A stretch of 64,000 nt of DNA, from the NCBI GenBank assembly GCA_030390025.1, contig CM059432.1, positions 16,866,001 through 16,930,000 of the forward strand. Reading direction: 5' to 3'. Origin of the DNA: Squalus acanthias (Eukaryota). Both the position numbers and the translations under genes were made by a program. This document shows positions 10,815-22,090 of the stretch, piece after piece. Below the pieces are notes generated by a model that had not been told where the DNA came from, ran no database searches, and worked only from the letters and a program-made list of their open reading frames with translations. Within the stretch, counting starts at the first letter, position 1. Each line of letters opens with the position of its first letter.

Positions 10815-11989
10815 TTTTTTTTCATTCCTGGTATGTGGGCGTCACTGGCAAGGCTAGCATTTATTGCCCATCTCTAATTGCCCTTGAGAAGGTGGTGGTG
10901 AGCCACCTTCTTGAACCGCTGCAGTCCGTGTGGTGAAGGTACACCCATAGTGCTGTTGGAAGGGAATTCCAGGATGTTGACCCAGCGACGATGAAGGAAC
11001 GGCGATATATTTCCAAGTCAGGATGGTGCGTGACTTGGAGGGGAACTTGGAGGTGGTGGTGTTCCCATGCGTCTGCTGCCCTGGTCCTTCTAGGTGGTAG
11101 AGGTCGCGGGTTTGGAGGTGCTGCTGAAGAAGCCCCGGCGAGTTGCTGCAGCGCATCTTGTAGATGGTACACACTGCAGCCACGGTGCGCCGGTGATGGA
11201 GGGAGTGAATGTTTAAGGTGGTGGATGGGGTGCCAATCAAGCGATCGGCTTTGTCCTGGATGGTGTCGAGCTTCTTGAGTGGTCTGCACTCATCCAGACA
11301 AGTGGAGAGTATTCCATCACACACCTGAATTGTGCCTTGTAGATGGTGGAAAGGCTTTGGGGAGTCAGGAGATGAGACACTCGCCACAGAATACCCAGCC
11401 TATGACCTGCTCTTATGGCCACATTATTTATGTGGCTGGTTCAGTTAAGTTTCTGGTCAATGGTGACCCCCAGGATGTTGATGGTGGGGGATTCGGCGAT
11501 GGTAATGCCATTGAATGACATGGGGTGGTGGTTAGACTCTCTCTTTTTGGAGATAGTCATTACCTGGCACTTGTGTGGCGCGAATGTTACTTGCCACTTA
11601 TCAGCCCAAGCCTGAATGTTGTCCAGGTCTCTCTGCATGCGCGCATGAACTGCTTCATTATCTGAAGAGTTGCAAAGGGCACTGAACACTGTGCAATCAT
11701 CAGCGAACATCCCCATTTCTGACCTTATGATGGAGGGAAGGTCATTGATGAAGCAGCTGAAGATGGTTGGTCCTAGGATACTGCGCTGAGGAGCCCCTGC
11801 AGCGATGTCCTGGGACTGTGATGATTGACCTCCAACAACCACCTTCCTTTGTGCTAGGTATGACTCCAGCCAGTGGAGAGTTTCCCCCCACTGATTCCCA
11901 TTGACTTCAGTTTTACTAGGGCTCCTTGATGCCATACTCAGTCAAATGCTGCCTTGATGTCAAGGACAGTCACTCTCACCTCACCTCTG
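10815..11989 (-). mobile_element. Non-LTR retrotransposon 3' part (second LINE family, tentatively CR1/Zenon-like), frameshifted RT
   Basis: RT motifs GAPQRSILGPTIFSCFINDL, MFADD, WADKWQVTFAPHKC, ILGVTID and YKAQFRCVMEY. Poly-A tail appears as a T-run at ~10814-10822. Confidence 0.85.
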
Positions 11990-12329
11990 TAGGTGCTATC
12001 TAGCCAGCTAGTGTTCTGAGACAAGTTACTTGAATTAGGATTACTCTTCTTTGAAATGTTGGCTGTACACAAAGCTTATTGATGCATAATGGTCAATAAA
12101 TGCTTTTTCTCAGAAGAAAACTATTTGAAATGCACATCCCGTATCAAAAGCAAAAGCAAACTGAAATTCATACCTTTCAACCTGAAATGTGAAATTAAGG
12201 AAAAACCAATTGCTTGACAAGTGGAAGAGGACTCTTTTTGTGTGTTGGGCATTGGAAATAGAGAAATGGGATAACAGCTGAGAATTTATCAGTTTCCCTT
12301 GTTTCAACTGATAATTTCCTCATCACTGT

Positions 12330-12473
12330 AATGACACGAACTACATGGGACAGAAGTGCATCCATTCTAAGATCTTCAAAGGCTCAGTTAAATTATTCTG
12401 AAATGACACGAACTACATGGAACAGAAGCACATCCATTCGAAGATCTTCAAAGGCTCAGTTAAATTATTCTGA
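12330..12473. repeat. Tandem duplication, 2 x 72 bp
   Basis: AATGACACGAACTACATGG..GGCTCAGTTAAATTATTCTGA starts at 12330 and again at 12402, with about 4 differences. Confidence 0.9.
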
Positions 12474-12952
12474 AAAGGATTAAGATTTTGGACATTTTCT
12501 TATTTGAAACAGCTTAAAGGAGTGAGTAAATGCAAGATGTGTACTGCTAATTATTATGCTTGATACCTTTTGCTTCTGTTTAACTAACAGGATGTAAATA
12601 AATGTGAATACTTTTGCCTGAATGATGAGATCTGACAGTGTGGTGTGTTCCAACATTGCAGGAAGTGCAGGTGGTCAGTGTGTGCAGCCAGTGGTACAAA
12701 ATATCTCAGAAAAAGTGTCATTGTTTATTCTGTGTCATACTACCCCAATTCAGGACATGCATATATGTGCAAGTTACAGATCACAGAGCATTGCCTACAG
12801 AAAAAGCATTTTGTTGCTGACACAAAAGTGTGTTGGAGAAGTGTCTGAATTGTAACAGAACAATTTTGTAGTCAGTCAGATCTTTAAACAATATTTTTAC
12901 CTAGTCTTATACAGCAACAATTAAACAGAAAAGACCCCATTTCATAAAGGCA

Positions 12953-12979
12953 GGGGGGGGGGGGGGGGGGGGGAGGGGG
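12953..12979 (+). repeat. Poly-G tract (G21-A-G5)
   Basis: Directly visible. Confidence 0.9.
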
Positions 12980-13289
12980 CGTGACACCTTTTGATGTCTA
13001 CAAAATCAGTGAATGAAGTTAATCTTTGAGAAAAAGAATCCATTGCTGTTAAAAGTTCCAGTTATAAAATTATCTGCTGTACCAAATAGGTCCATTTTTC
13101 CTTTCCATTCCTTTCAAACAGAAATGATTTTCTTGCATATAGGCTTATTCTCATATTGACTGTTAGAATGCATCTGTGGTTTTTGTTTGTATTTGTTTAT
13201 TGCTGTATTTGAACCACAGTGATAAAAGATTATGAAGCTCAGCAGTAGAGAGCACTTATTTTCCAGCTAGGACACAGAAATATCGGAAA

Positions 13290-14030
13290 ATAGGCAAGTA
13301 CAGGAGTGGTAATGAATCTGTAGTTCATCTGGTCTATCCCCAAAACTAACACCTCTCAATTGCCCACTCCTTCAAATATCTATCCAATTTTCCCTTAAAT
13401 GTTTCCACACCATCTGCCTCCCTGGGCACACATTAACGACCCAGTGTAAAATTGTTAAACCTAAACTGTATGCATTTTCCCTCTTCTAATCCTCAGCCTG
13501 TATCCCGATTCTAAAATTTGTGGTAATCTCAAACATACTATTGGCGTTCAATGTATCTATTCCCTTACGAATTTTCTCTTTTTGAATATTCTCCAGATTG
13601 TTCAACCTCCTTACACATCAGACATTTTCATGTAATAGCAAAATACTGCGAAGGGTTCGACCTGAAACGTTGACTCTGTTTCTCCTCTCCTCGATGCTGC
13701 CTGACCTGCTAAGTGTTTCCAGCACTTTCTGTTGTTATTTTAGACAACAAATTTAGTTGCTCTTTCCTGCACTGGTTCCAAGGCCTGGATATCCTTGCTG
13801 CAGTACGACAACCAGTACTCCAGAAGTGGCTATACCTGATTCTTAGATTTGTGCTCTATTTCTCCAGCTACAAATCCGAAAATCAGATTATCTTTTTGTA
13901 CTGTCGCTGCACATTACACTGTTGGTTTCAGAGAGCAATACCCTCAGATCCCTCTCCTGTGTTGTGCCCTACAGCCTACATCCATTTAATTTATATTCTC
14001 ACTGTTTACTTCCCTTCCCTAGTTTCGTTA
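13290..14030 (-). mobile_element. Old CR1 LINE fragment interrupted by a Penelope remnant
   Basis: Decayed CR1 3' region on both sides of 13633-13744 (TTCCAAGGCCTGGATATCCTT..CCAGTACTCCAGAAGTGG). Confidence 0.5.
13633..13744 (+). mobile_element. Miniature Penelope-like element remnant: inverted tail plus partial pLTR with truncated hammerhead
   Basis: TAATAGCAAAATACTGCG (antisense tail, as at 36444-36460) is fused to CGAAGGGTTCGACCTGAAACGTTGACTCTGTTTCTC..GATGCTGCCTGACCTGCT..TTATTTTAGA, homologous to 37093-37190. Confidence 0.75.
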
Positions 14031-14035
14031 CTTGG

Positions 14036-14385
14036 TATAGAATCATAGAACCTTCGAGCACAGAAGGCGGCCATTCGGCCCATAGTGTGTATGCTGGCTC
14101 TTTGAAAGAGCTGTACAATTACTCCCACTCCCCTGCTCTTTCCCTATAGCCCTGCAAATTTTTCCTTTTCAAATATATATCCAACTTCCTTTTGAAAGTT
14201 AATATTGAATCTGCTTCCACCGCCCTTTCAGGTAGTGCATTCCAGATCATAACATGCTGCGTAAAAATAAATTCTCATCATCCCCCTGGTTCTTTTGCCA
14301 ATTATCATAAATTGTGTCCCCTGGTTATCGACCCTCCAGCCAGTGGAAACAGTTTCTCCCTTTCTATTCTACCAAAACCCTTACC
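14036..14385 (-). mobile_element. CR1 LINE 3' end
   Basis: ATAGAATCATAGAA tail, GGCCATTCGGCCCAT, and antisense ESASTALSGSAFQI (= IWNALPERAVEADS). Confidence 0.85.
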
Positions 14386-14389
14386 TTCC

Positions 14390-16830
14390 TTGAACTTCTA
14401 CAACCTACCAGTGACCATTTTATCTGAAACTTCTATTTATTTATGAAATTCTTATGCTCCCGCCACAAATTTCCACTACCCTTTCTGTGAAAAAGTGCTT
14501 CATGATGTCGCAGCTTTTGGTCACCTGTCCTAACTGTTCTATGTGGCTTGGTATCGCTCCTGTGAAGCGCCTTTTACTACATTAAAGGCACTATATAAAA
14601 GCAAGTTATTGTTGTTGAATGGCTTGGCTCTAATTTTAAGATTATTCCCCCTTGTTCTGGATTTCCCCCACCAGAGGTAATACTTTCTCCTTGACTACCC
14701 TACCAAATCAAATCCTTTCATTATTTTAAACACCCCTTAATCTTCCATGCTCAAAGGAATGCAACCTTTTCTCATAATTTAAGCCTTGTAGCCCCGGTAT
14801 CATTATAGAGAATCGGCGTTGCACCCGAGCCAAGGTCAATATATCCTTCCTGAGATGAGGTGCCCAGAATTGAACTCAGTACTCCAGATGGAGTCTGACC
14901 AAGGCTATGTACAACTGTAGCATAACTTCCTCCCCTTTGTATTTCAGCACCCTTGAGATAAAGGCCAACATTCCATTAGCCTTTTTGATTGTTTTTTGTT
15001 CCAGTCCACTAGCTTTTAGTTATTTGTGTGCATGGATACCCAGATCTGTTTGCTCCTAGTTTCTCACCATTTAGAAAATACTCAGATTTGTCTTTCTTGG
15101 ATCCAAAGTGGATGACCTCACACTCCCCACATTGCACTCCATGTGCCACAGTTTGGCCCACTTATTTAATTTATGTCTTTTTTTTAGCTTCCTGCTCCTA
15201 TCTGCATTACTTACCGTGCCTCCCAACTTAGTGTCATGTGCAAACTTTTATATACAACTCTCTACTCCTTCATCCAAGTCATTCATAAATATAGTGAACA
15301 GCTGAGGCCCCAGTACAGACCCCTGGGGAATGCCACTTGTTATATTCTGGCAATCAGAGTATGTACCCTTTATACTCTATCTCCTACCTCCCAACCAATT
15401 TCCAACCTTGCCGCAAGGTTGCCTCCAGTTCCGCGCGTTCATTTTTGCTAATAATCTCTTGTGCGGAACCTTAAGTAACTTCGTGGAAGTCCATATAGAT
15501 AACATCCTTGCACACTCCCTCCAATTTCCATCTTGGTTCTCCTGATCAGATTCTTAACTTCATTTATCCTATTTTATATTTCTCGGTCCACTGTGGTATC
15601 TGTAGCTTTACATTTCAGGAACAATTGCTTTTTTTTAACCGCTCATCCCATTACTTCCAGTGATGCCCACACTGATTTGTTCCCTACGTTATACGAGTTA
15701 TATTTGTTCAGTGCTCTGTCCAACGTACTTTTAAATATGATGCATATTGCGTCCAGGATCATGTTTTCATTTCTATTTTATGGATTGTAGCCTTTATAGA
15801 TTTCCCAATCTATCGCTGATAAATTGAAGTCACTCGTAACAACTGCATCTATCCCTGTAACAAGTTCCTGTTATTTGACTACAAGTTCTTGGGCCAATCC
15901 CTTCTCCTACCCGACTGGTCTAAAGAAGAGTCCCATAGGTAATTTCCTACACCACATATGTCTGATTTCTATCCACAGGTTTTCCACCTTATCCATATAC
16001 CCAGGTATTCCATTGTAATCAAATTCTCTTCTTGTGAAGACAACACAACAACAACTTGTATTTATATAGCACCTCTAACATAGTAAGACGTCCCAAGGGC
16101 TTCACAGGAGTGTTATAAAACAAAATTTGACACTCAGCCACATAGGAGATATTAGGGCAGATGAGGTAGGTTTAAAGGAGCACCTTAAAAGGAGGAAAGA
16201 GAGGTAGAGAGGCAGAGAGGTTTAGGGAAGGAATTCCAGAGCTTAAGGCCTTGGCAGCTGAAGGCACAGCCACCAATGGTGACGTGATTAAAATCAGGGA
16301 TGTTCAAGAGGCCAGAATTAGAGAAGCGCAGAGATCTCGGAGGGTTGTGGGGCTGGAGGAGATTTAAGAGATAGGGAGGGGCGAGGCCATGAAGGGATTT
16401 GAAAACATAGATGAGAATTTTACCATTCAGGACTACTGGTTACTGCTCCAAAACAGGCTGTTTATACCCCTAATTGTAGAGTTCACCATAATTACCAACA
16501 TCCTATTCTCATGATTTGGTGTCTATCCTGTCCCAGTGGTTAACCTCTTACTCCAAGGTGTTACTTATGATTAACCTCCCTGTGCCTCTGCCCTCATCAC
16601 TGATGTCAAAAACTGTATACATTAATTACAACAAATCCTCATTTGCCAGGAAATCATACCAGCTGCTATTGTATTGGCTTGCGAAAGGCAAAGAAGAAGA
16701 ATCACAGCCTCCATCCCTCCAAATCCCGCCAGTGAGCCAGACTGACTAGTTAATCATCAATCCAAACAGCTTTAATGCAGACATCCTGACTGGGGCTGAA
16801 GTGATTTATTCTGCACTTACATTACTGCAA
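14390..16830 (-). mobile_element. Old, heavily deleted CR1 LINE (RT, endonuclease and ORF1 esterase remnants) with L2 tail insertions at ~14510-14617 and 16040-16421
   Basis: RT region is clear at 14620-15520. A decayed EN-like segment lies near 15900-15990, and RMLVIMVNSTIRGINS (cf. the CR1 ORF1 VVGDSIIRG esterase motif) near 16460-16510. Confidence 0.55.
16040..16421 (-). mobile_element. L2 LINE 3' end
   Basis: CAACAACTTGTATTTATATAGCACC tail. Reverse-complement homologue of 8640-9020. Confidence 0.85.
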
Positions 16831-16979
16831 AAATTCAAAGCACCAGTGGAACTGGCCCTATAATAATTTCATATTGGCTGAAGACTGTGACCTGTGCTTA
16901 AAACAAAAGAGCAAATTTGAAAAATGGCAGTTTGCTTCTAAAATTGGTTGATGTTTATGTAAAAGATAGAGAACAAAAA

Positions 16980-17427
16980 CATGCATTTATACTCCACTTT
17001 TCACGTTCTTAGTACATCCCAAAATACCTCAATCAATGAATTACATTTTAACTACAGTCACTGTCATGCAGACAAACGTGGCAGCCTATTTGCTCACAGC
17101 AAAGTTGTACAAACAGGTTAGCTGAATGGTAAGTTAATACATATTTCGGTGGTGCTGGTTGAAGGAAAAATGTTGGCCAGGACACTATGAGAACTCTCTG
17201 CTGTTCTCTGAATCACACCACAGGATCTTTTATGATCACCTGAACAGGCAGACATGGACCACAGTTTAACATCTCAACTGGCAGATGGCACCTCCAACAA
17301 TGCAGTAGACTCTCAGTACTATGCTTAATTGTCAGCCTAGATTCTGTGCTCAAGTCCTGGAGTGGGGCTTGAAGCCACAAGCTTCTGACTGGAAGGTAAG
17401 AGCGCAACTAGATGAGCCAAGCTGACA
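16980..17427 (-). mobile_element. SacSINE1-like Deu-domain tRNA SINE
   Basis: Full decayed copy, with head GTGCTCAAGTCCTGGAGTGGGGCTTGAAGCCACAAGCTTCTGACT..GAGCCAAGCTGAC. Confidence 0.8.
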
Positions 17428-17626
17428 ATAAAAATAAACTATACTGCAGTTATCAATTCTATTCCACCTAACCAGTAATTTTACCACCTGAATTCACAAA
17501 TTATCTACATGATCCTGCAACTGGCCGCTTGTGTTTCATTAATTTAATATGTGTTAAAGGATGAAAAGATTATTTCATTAACGAGATATGCTCATGGAGG
17601 GATCATTTTCCTCTTTTTAGAAACAC

Positions 17627-18004
17627 TTGGGCCTGGAGTTTCCGCTCAATTCTGCTTTTTTTTTCAGCGCACTTCCCCCGATATTGGTGTAACCGGCGCA
17701 AAAGATCACGGAATTTTAAGCGCAACTTGCATTCAGCGCAACTTGAGTTCATGCGATCTTTTGCGCTAGTTTTTAAAAACATCGCACTCAAAGCATTAAT
17801 AGATGAATAATACTACTGAATTCTGGAAGTCTGACATTAAATGGCTGCCTGCTTTAGAGAATGTAAACTAGCTGAAAGTTATCAGGCAATGTCTGAAGTA
17901 ATCGGCGATATGCAAATGAGTTTGAGCGTTAACTCAGGAAAAAAACTTCAAAACAGGCATAATTGTTTGGAGCAATTTGCACCTGGATCGCCAATTGGGC
18001 CCAA
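17627..18004. mobile_element. Possible non-autonomous DNA transposon with an internal hairpin
   Basis: Ends TTGGGCC..GGCCCAA. CpG-rich interior with the inverted repeat GCGCAAAAGATCACG..TGCGATCTTTTGCGC at ~17696-17766. Confidence 0.4.
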
Positions 18005-18699
18005 AGCAGAAACTCTACCCCTTGATGTTTATTTTTCACCCCATTTCAAGTTGCCAGGACTGCATCAAGAATTACCAAGCCATGTTCAGCAGAGTCAAGT
18101 TTCCACTGCTGGGATGCACCTCTTGGTCCCAACCACAAAAGAATGTCCTATTGTACCAGCCTGACAGTTCCAATCCCCACAGCATCGATCAATCCCTGTT
18201 TAATTTCTGAATGTGGCAGCCAATTTGATGCCAAATTAGGGAGAATTGCATGCTGTGGACACAAACCCACTAGGAACAATTACAAGATAGCTCAATCCCA
18301 TTCTGTGTAGGGCTCCTAAAACAGCAAAGAGAACATTTGAGCCCAGCTGTCTGGAGCAGATTCAGACACAAGTCCCAGAAGTAAAAGGATAATGTGCTAA
18401 TCTATTAAACTGACTAGACCCATAAGCAATGTTTAACTCTTCAAAGCATCAGATACTGTTTTATCTCTTTTATATATAAATCATTGTGAAATTTTTCAGA
18501 TACGGTTATTGATGCAATCCAACTCTGGCTTCTCTGAATGCGTAGGAAACAAACGGTTGAGAGCAAAACTGGACTTGGCTCTGATATCTGCAATGGCGAA
18601 CAGACTGCCAACATGCAATGTCAAGGTTCACACATGAATAATGGCTATATGGGCATGAAACAGCCATTGAACCATGCCCAGCAAAGATTCAACTACTTT

Positions 18700-20150
18700 A
18701 CCATATTGAAGTTTCTATATAAATGCAAGTTATTATTGTTGACATCCCAAGGTGCTTCACAGAAGAGAAACAAATGTTGGGCAGAAGAAGTGGATGACCA
18801 CAATCATAGCCCAAAAGAGGTTTTAAAGAGGCTATTAAAGGCAGGGAAGCCTGTAGGAAGGCAAAAGACTTAAGGGAGAAAGTTCTCGGCCGAGATGACT
18901 GAAGGAACTAGGGAGGAAGAGGAACAAAGAGGAGGAGGATAAAGACGCACACGTACACACACTAAGTCAGAGCCAGAAACTGAGGACTGGTCGAGATTGC
19001 AGAGATATGGTGGTCGAATGAGACCCTGGAGTCTGGAAATTAGTACTTTAATTTTCAATTCAGGATGATGAGTGAGCATGACTGTGCAGGACAAGAATGG
19101 GGTGGCAGAGATTTGGATGAGATGGAGCAACAATAACAACCTGCATTAATATAGCACCTTACCAAGGCACGTAGCACCTGTGAAGCACCATGGGACGTTA
19201 AATTATGAGGACAGGTTGGATAGAGTAGGCCTGTATTCACTTGAGTATGGAAGATTTCTCAGAGTTCTCAGAGGATTGTAGGACTGGAGGAGGGTACAGA
19301 GATAGGGAGAGGCGAGGTCATTGAGGGATACAAACGTGAGGATGAGAATTCTAAATTTGCGATGTTGGCGAACCAGAAGCCAATGTCAGTTTGTGAGCAC
19401 AGGGGTGATGAGTGAGCAGGACTTGGTGTGGGTTAGAAGACAGGCAGTAGAGATTTAGTTGAGCTCAGGTTTATGGATGATGGTCAGAGAGCACTGAAAT
19501 CGGCGAGTCTGGAGGTAACAAGGGAATGGATGAGGGTTTCAGCAGCAGATGAGCTAAGACAGGGGCGATGATTAGAGGTGAAAGTAGGCAGTCTTTGTGA
19601 TGGAGAGGATCTGGGGTCAGAAGCTCAGCTCAGGGCCAAATAGGATGCCTGAGACAGCGCCTGGGGAGGGAGATACAACCAGTGGCAAGGGAGCTTTGTG
19701 GCAGGGTCGGAAGACAATGGCTTCAGTTCCCAATGTTTAATTGGAGGAAACTGTGGCTCATCCAGGACTGGATGTTGGACAAGCAGTCTATCAACACAGA
19801 GGCAGTGGAGGGGTCGAGAGCGGTGGTGGTGAAGTAGAGCCGAATGTTGTCAATGTACATGTGGAACCTGATGTGTTGTCTTCAGATGAGGTCATTGCGG
19901 GGCAGCATGCAGGAGAAAAGTTAGTTTGTGGTAGCACTAGGGAGAGGCCATCAGTATGCTAGAAGTCAAGCATATTGGCGAGGAACACCAACAACAGGTG
20001 GAGGGGGTCCAACAGCACCAAAGGACTCTGATCACACCACTCGGGTCTGGGGTGGAGGAGAGTCGGAACTAATCAAGAAAAGTGGAGTATGAGAGACGGC
20101 AAAGGACAATGCACAGGCTGACTTGAGCAAAGACACTGAGGTATGAATCA
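18700..20150 (-). mobile_element. Mosaic of L2 LINE fragments (with small L2-tail and CR1 pieces)
   Basis: 19250-19910 is the reverse complement of L2 ORF2 3' sequence seen at 51715-53300. Confidence 0.7.
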
Positions 20151-21864
20151 TGCATTTTCAAATTAGCGTGGATGGAAAAGCGAGGAGGAGAGATGAAGGA
20201 AAAACAAATTAAATTTGAATAGCTTCATCTTACAATTTCAAATTTTAGAATACTAGCCCTTGTGTTAATTTGATCTCTGCATCCTAACTGTTCAAGAATC
20301 TTTCCCAAAGATCTCCTGCATCTCAAAAATTCTGACATTACTACAAAACATGGAGATTCATCATAGTTTGATAATCACAGCGAGAAATGGTATCATGTCC
20401 AAGCAGTGTCAAAATTACCTCCTGCTTGAAAAAAGAGCAAAACCTATTTATTAATTTGTTAGTATATTTTTTTCATAACATGGCCAACAAAAGCAATCAA
20501 ACTTCCACGCATTAATTTTAAGCAAACTTCCTCAATACTGATTTAAAAAGGATTTTTTCTGGACTTAGTGAAAGAAACATAATTAATATGAGAATGTTTA
20601 TTTTTGTATGATGACATATGACTTATTTGGGGAAATTAATTCCAAGTAGCGAAGAGAAGACAGCTTGGTAGGCTATAAAACCTATGTTCCAAGGCAGCAC
20701 AAAGACCTATGTCTGTTCACCTGGCACCAGTCCAAACACCTGCTACATAAGCTGCTTTGCGCAAGCACTGGCCTGAATGAATTTTACATTGAACGGGTGG
20801 GAAAGAGTGAGTAGCCTTGTCAAGCTTGCCGCATTTCAGATACCTTTTCTTCATCACACAGCCCAGCCTGCACGTCCCCATTTATATATTAAGTAGGAAA
20901 TTAAGACGACAGAATTATGGAACTAATATCACTTCACAAGGCTTAAAATGACACAAGGAATATCTTGCACGGCACTTCAAACAAGATTATAAGCAAAGAA
21001 GTGTATCTAATTATCAGTAATTTGAAACTATAAATATTAAAATAAGAAAATGGAAAAATTCATACTGAAGCACAAAAAAGTGGAGAGGCTGCAGTTGGAC
21101 CTTGTCCCTAATGGCCAGCAAGCCACCACTTGATCTCAGTACTGATGGTCAGCTGTTTATACGATCACATGACATTTGTGTTTGGAAAAAGGTCATTTGG
21201 TACATCTTTGTTCTTCTAAACGCAAGGCCCCTCAAGTCCCCCTTTGCAGCATCCAAGGTTTTCACTGCTACTAGTCTATAAATCCATTTCTTCCAGGTGA
21301 CCAGAAGTGCCCACATTACACAAGATGTGGACACAAAAACAGCCAAGGACTGTAACAGTCCTTTAGACTATAGTTTAGAATCTTTGATGTTATGACCACC
21401 TGTACATCACATTTGTAGTCAAGAAACTTTTGTGAAAAGGTATTATTGAAAATCAAGTTGTATTCAGATAAATAAGATGGACGGATGCAATGTAAAAATT
21501 CTGAACCTTACTGGCCACAAGGAGGTGTTGTAAAGTGGCATGAGTTGACTTGTTCTGATTGTAGGTCTCTAATTCGAAGCTGGTAAATAAGGAACTCACT
21601 GTAGGAAACTATGGAGAAAATGATAAACTTCACTATTCTGCAATGCTGCACATTACTGCAGCAACACAATTAGCTGTTAAATTCAAATTTCAGTCTTTGA
21701 ACTGCCACAACTAGTTTTACTGCCAGAATGTTATTCCTTTCCATCAGATCGATTAATATTGTTGCATTAGTCTAAAAACATTGTTCTATCACAGGACGCA
21801 GATGAGAAGTCTGATTGCTGTTGTGCTGGAAGACTTTTGAGCAGTAAATTCAGAAATGTAGTCA

Positions 21865-22090
21865 CTCTAGGCTGACATTAAACCAAAGCCTTGTCTGCCC
21901 TCTCAGCCGTACGTAAAAGATCCTATGGCACTATTTGGAAGAAGAGCAGGAGCATTCTCACTGGTGTCATGGCCAATATTTATCCCTCAACCAACATTCA
22001 CTTAAAAAAAATGATCCGGTCATTATCGTTTATGGGACTTTCCAGTGCGCAAATTGGCTACTGTGTTTCCTACATTGCATCAGTAACTAT
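21865..22090 (+). mobile_element. SacSINE1-like Deu-SINE fragment
   Basis: GTAAAAGATCCTATGGCACTATTTGGAAGAAGAGCAGG..GGCCAATATTTATCCCTCAACCAACA. Confidence 0.8.

Noticed and set aside
12174..12181. Possible 8-nt minus-strand microexon (tttcag|GTTGAAAG|gtatga)
   Set aside because: Frame-shifting length and only moderate signals. Such matches are expected by chance in 64 kb, so RNA-seq would be needed.
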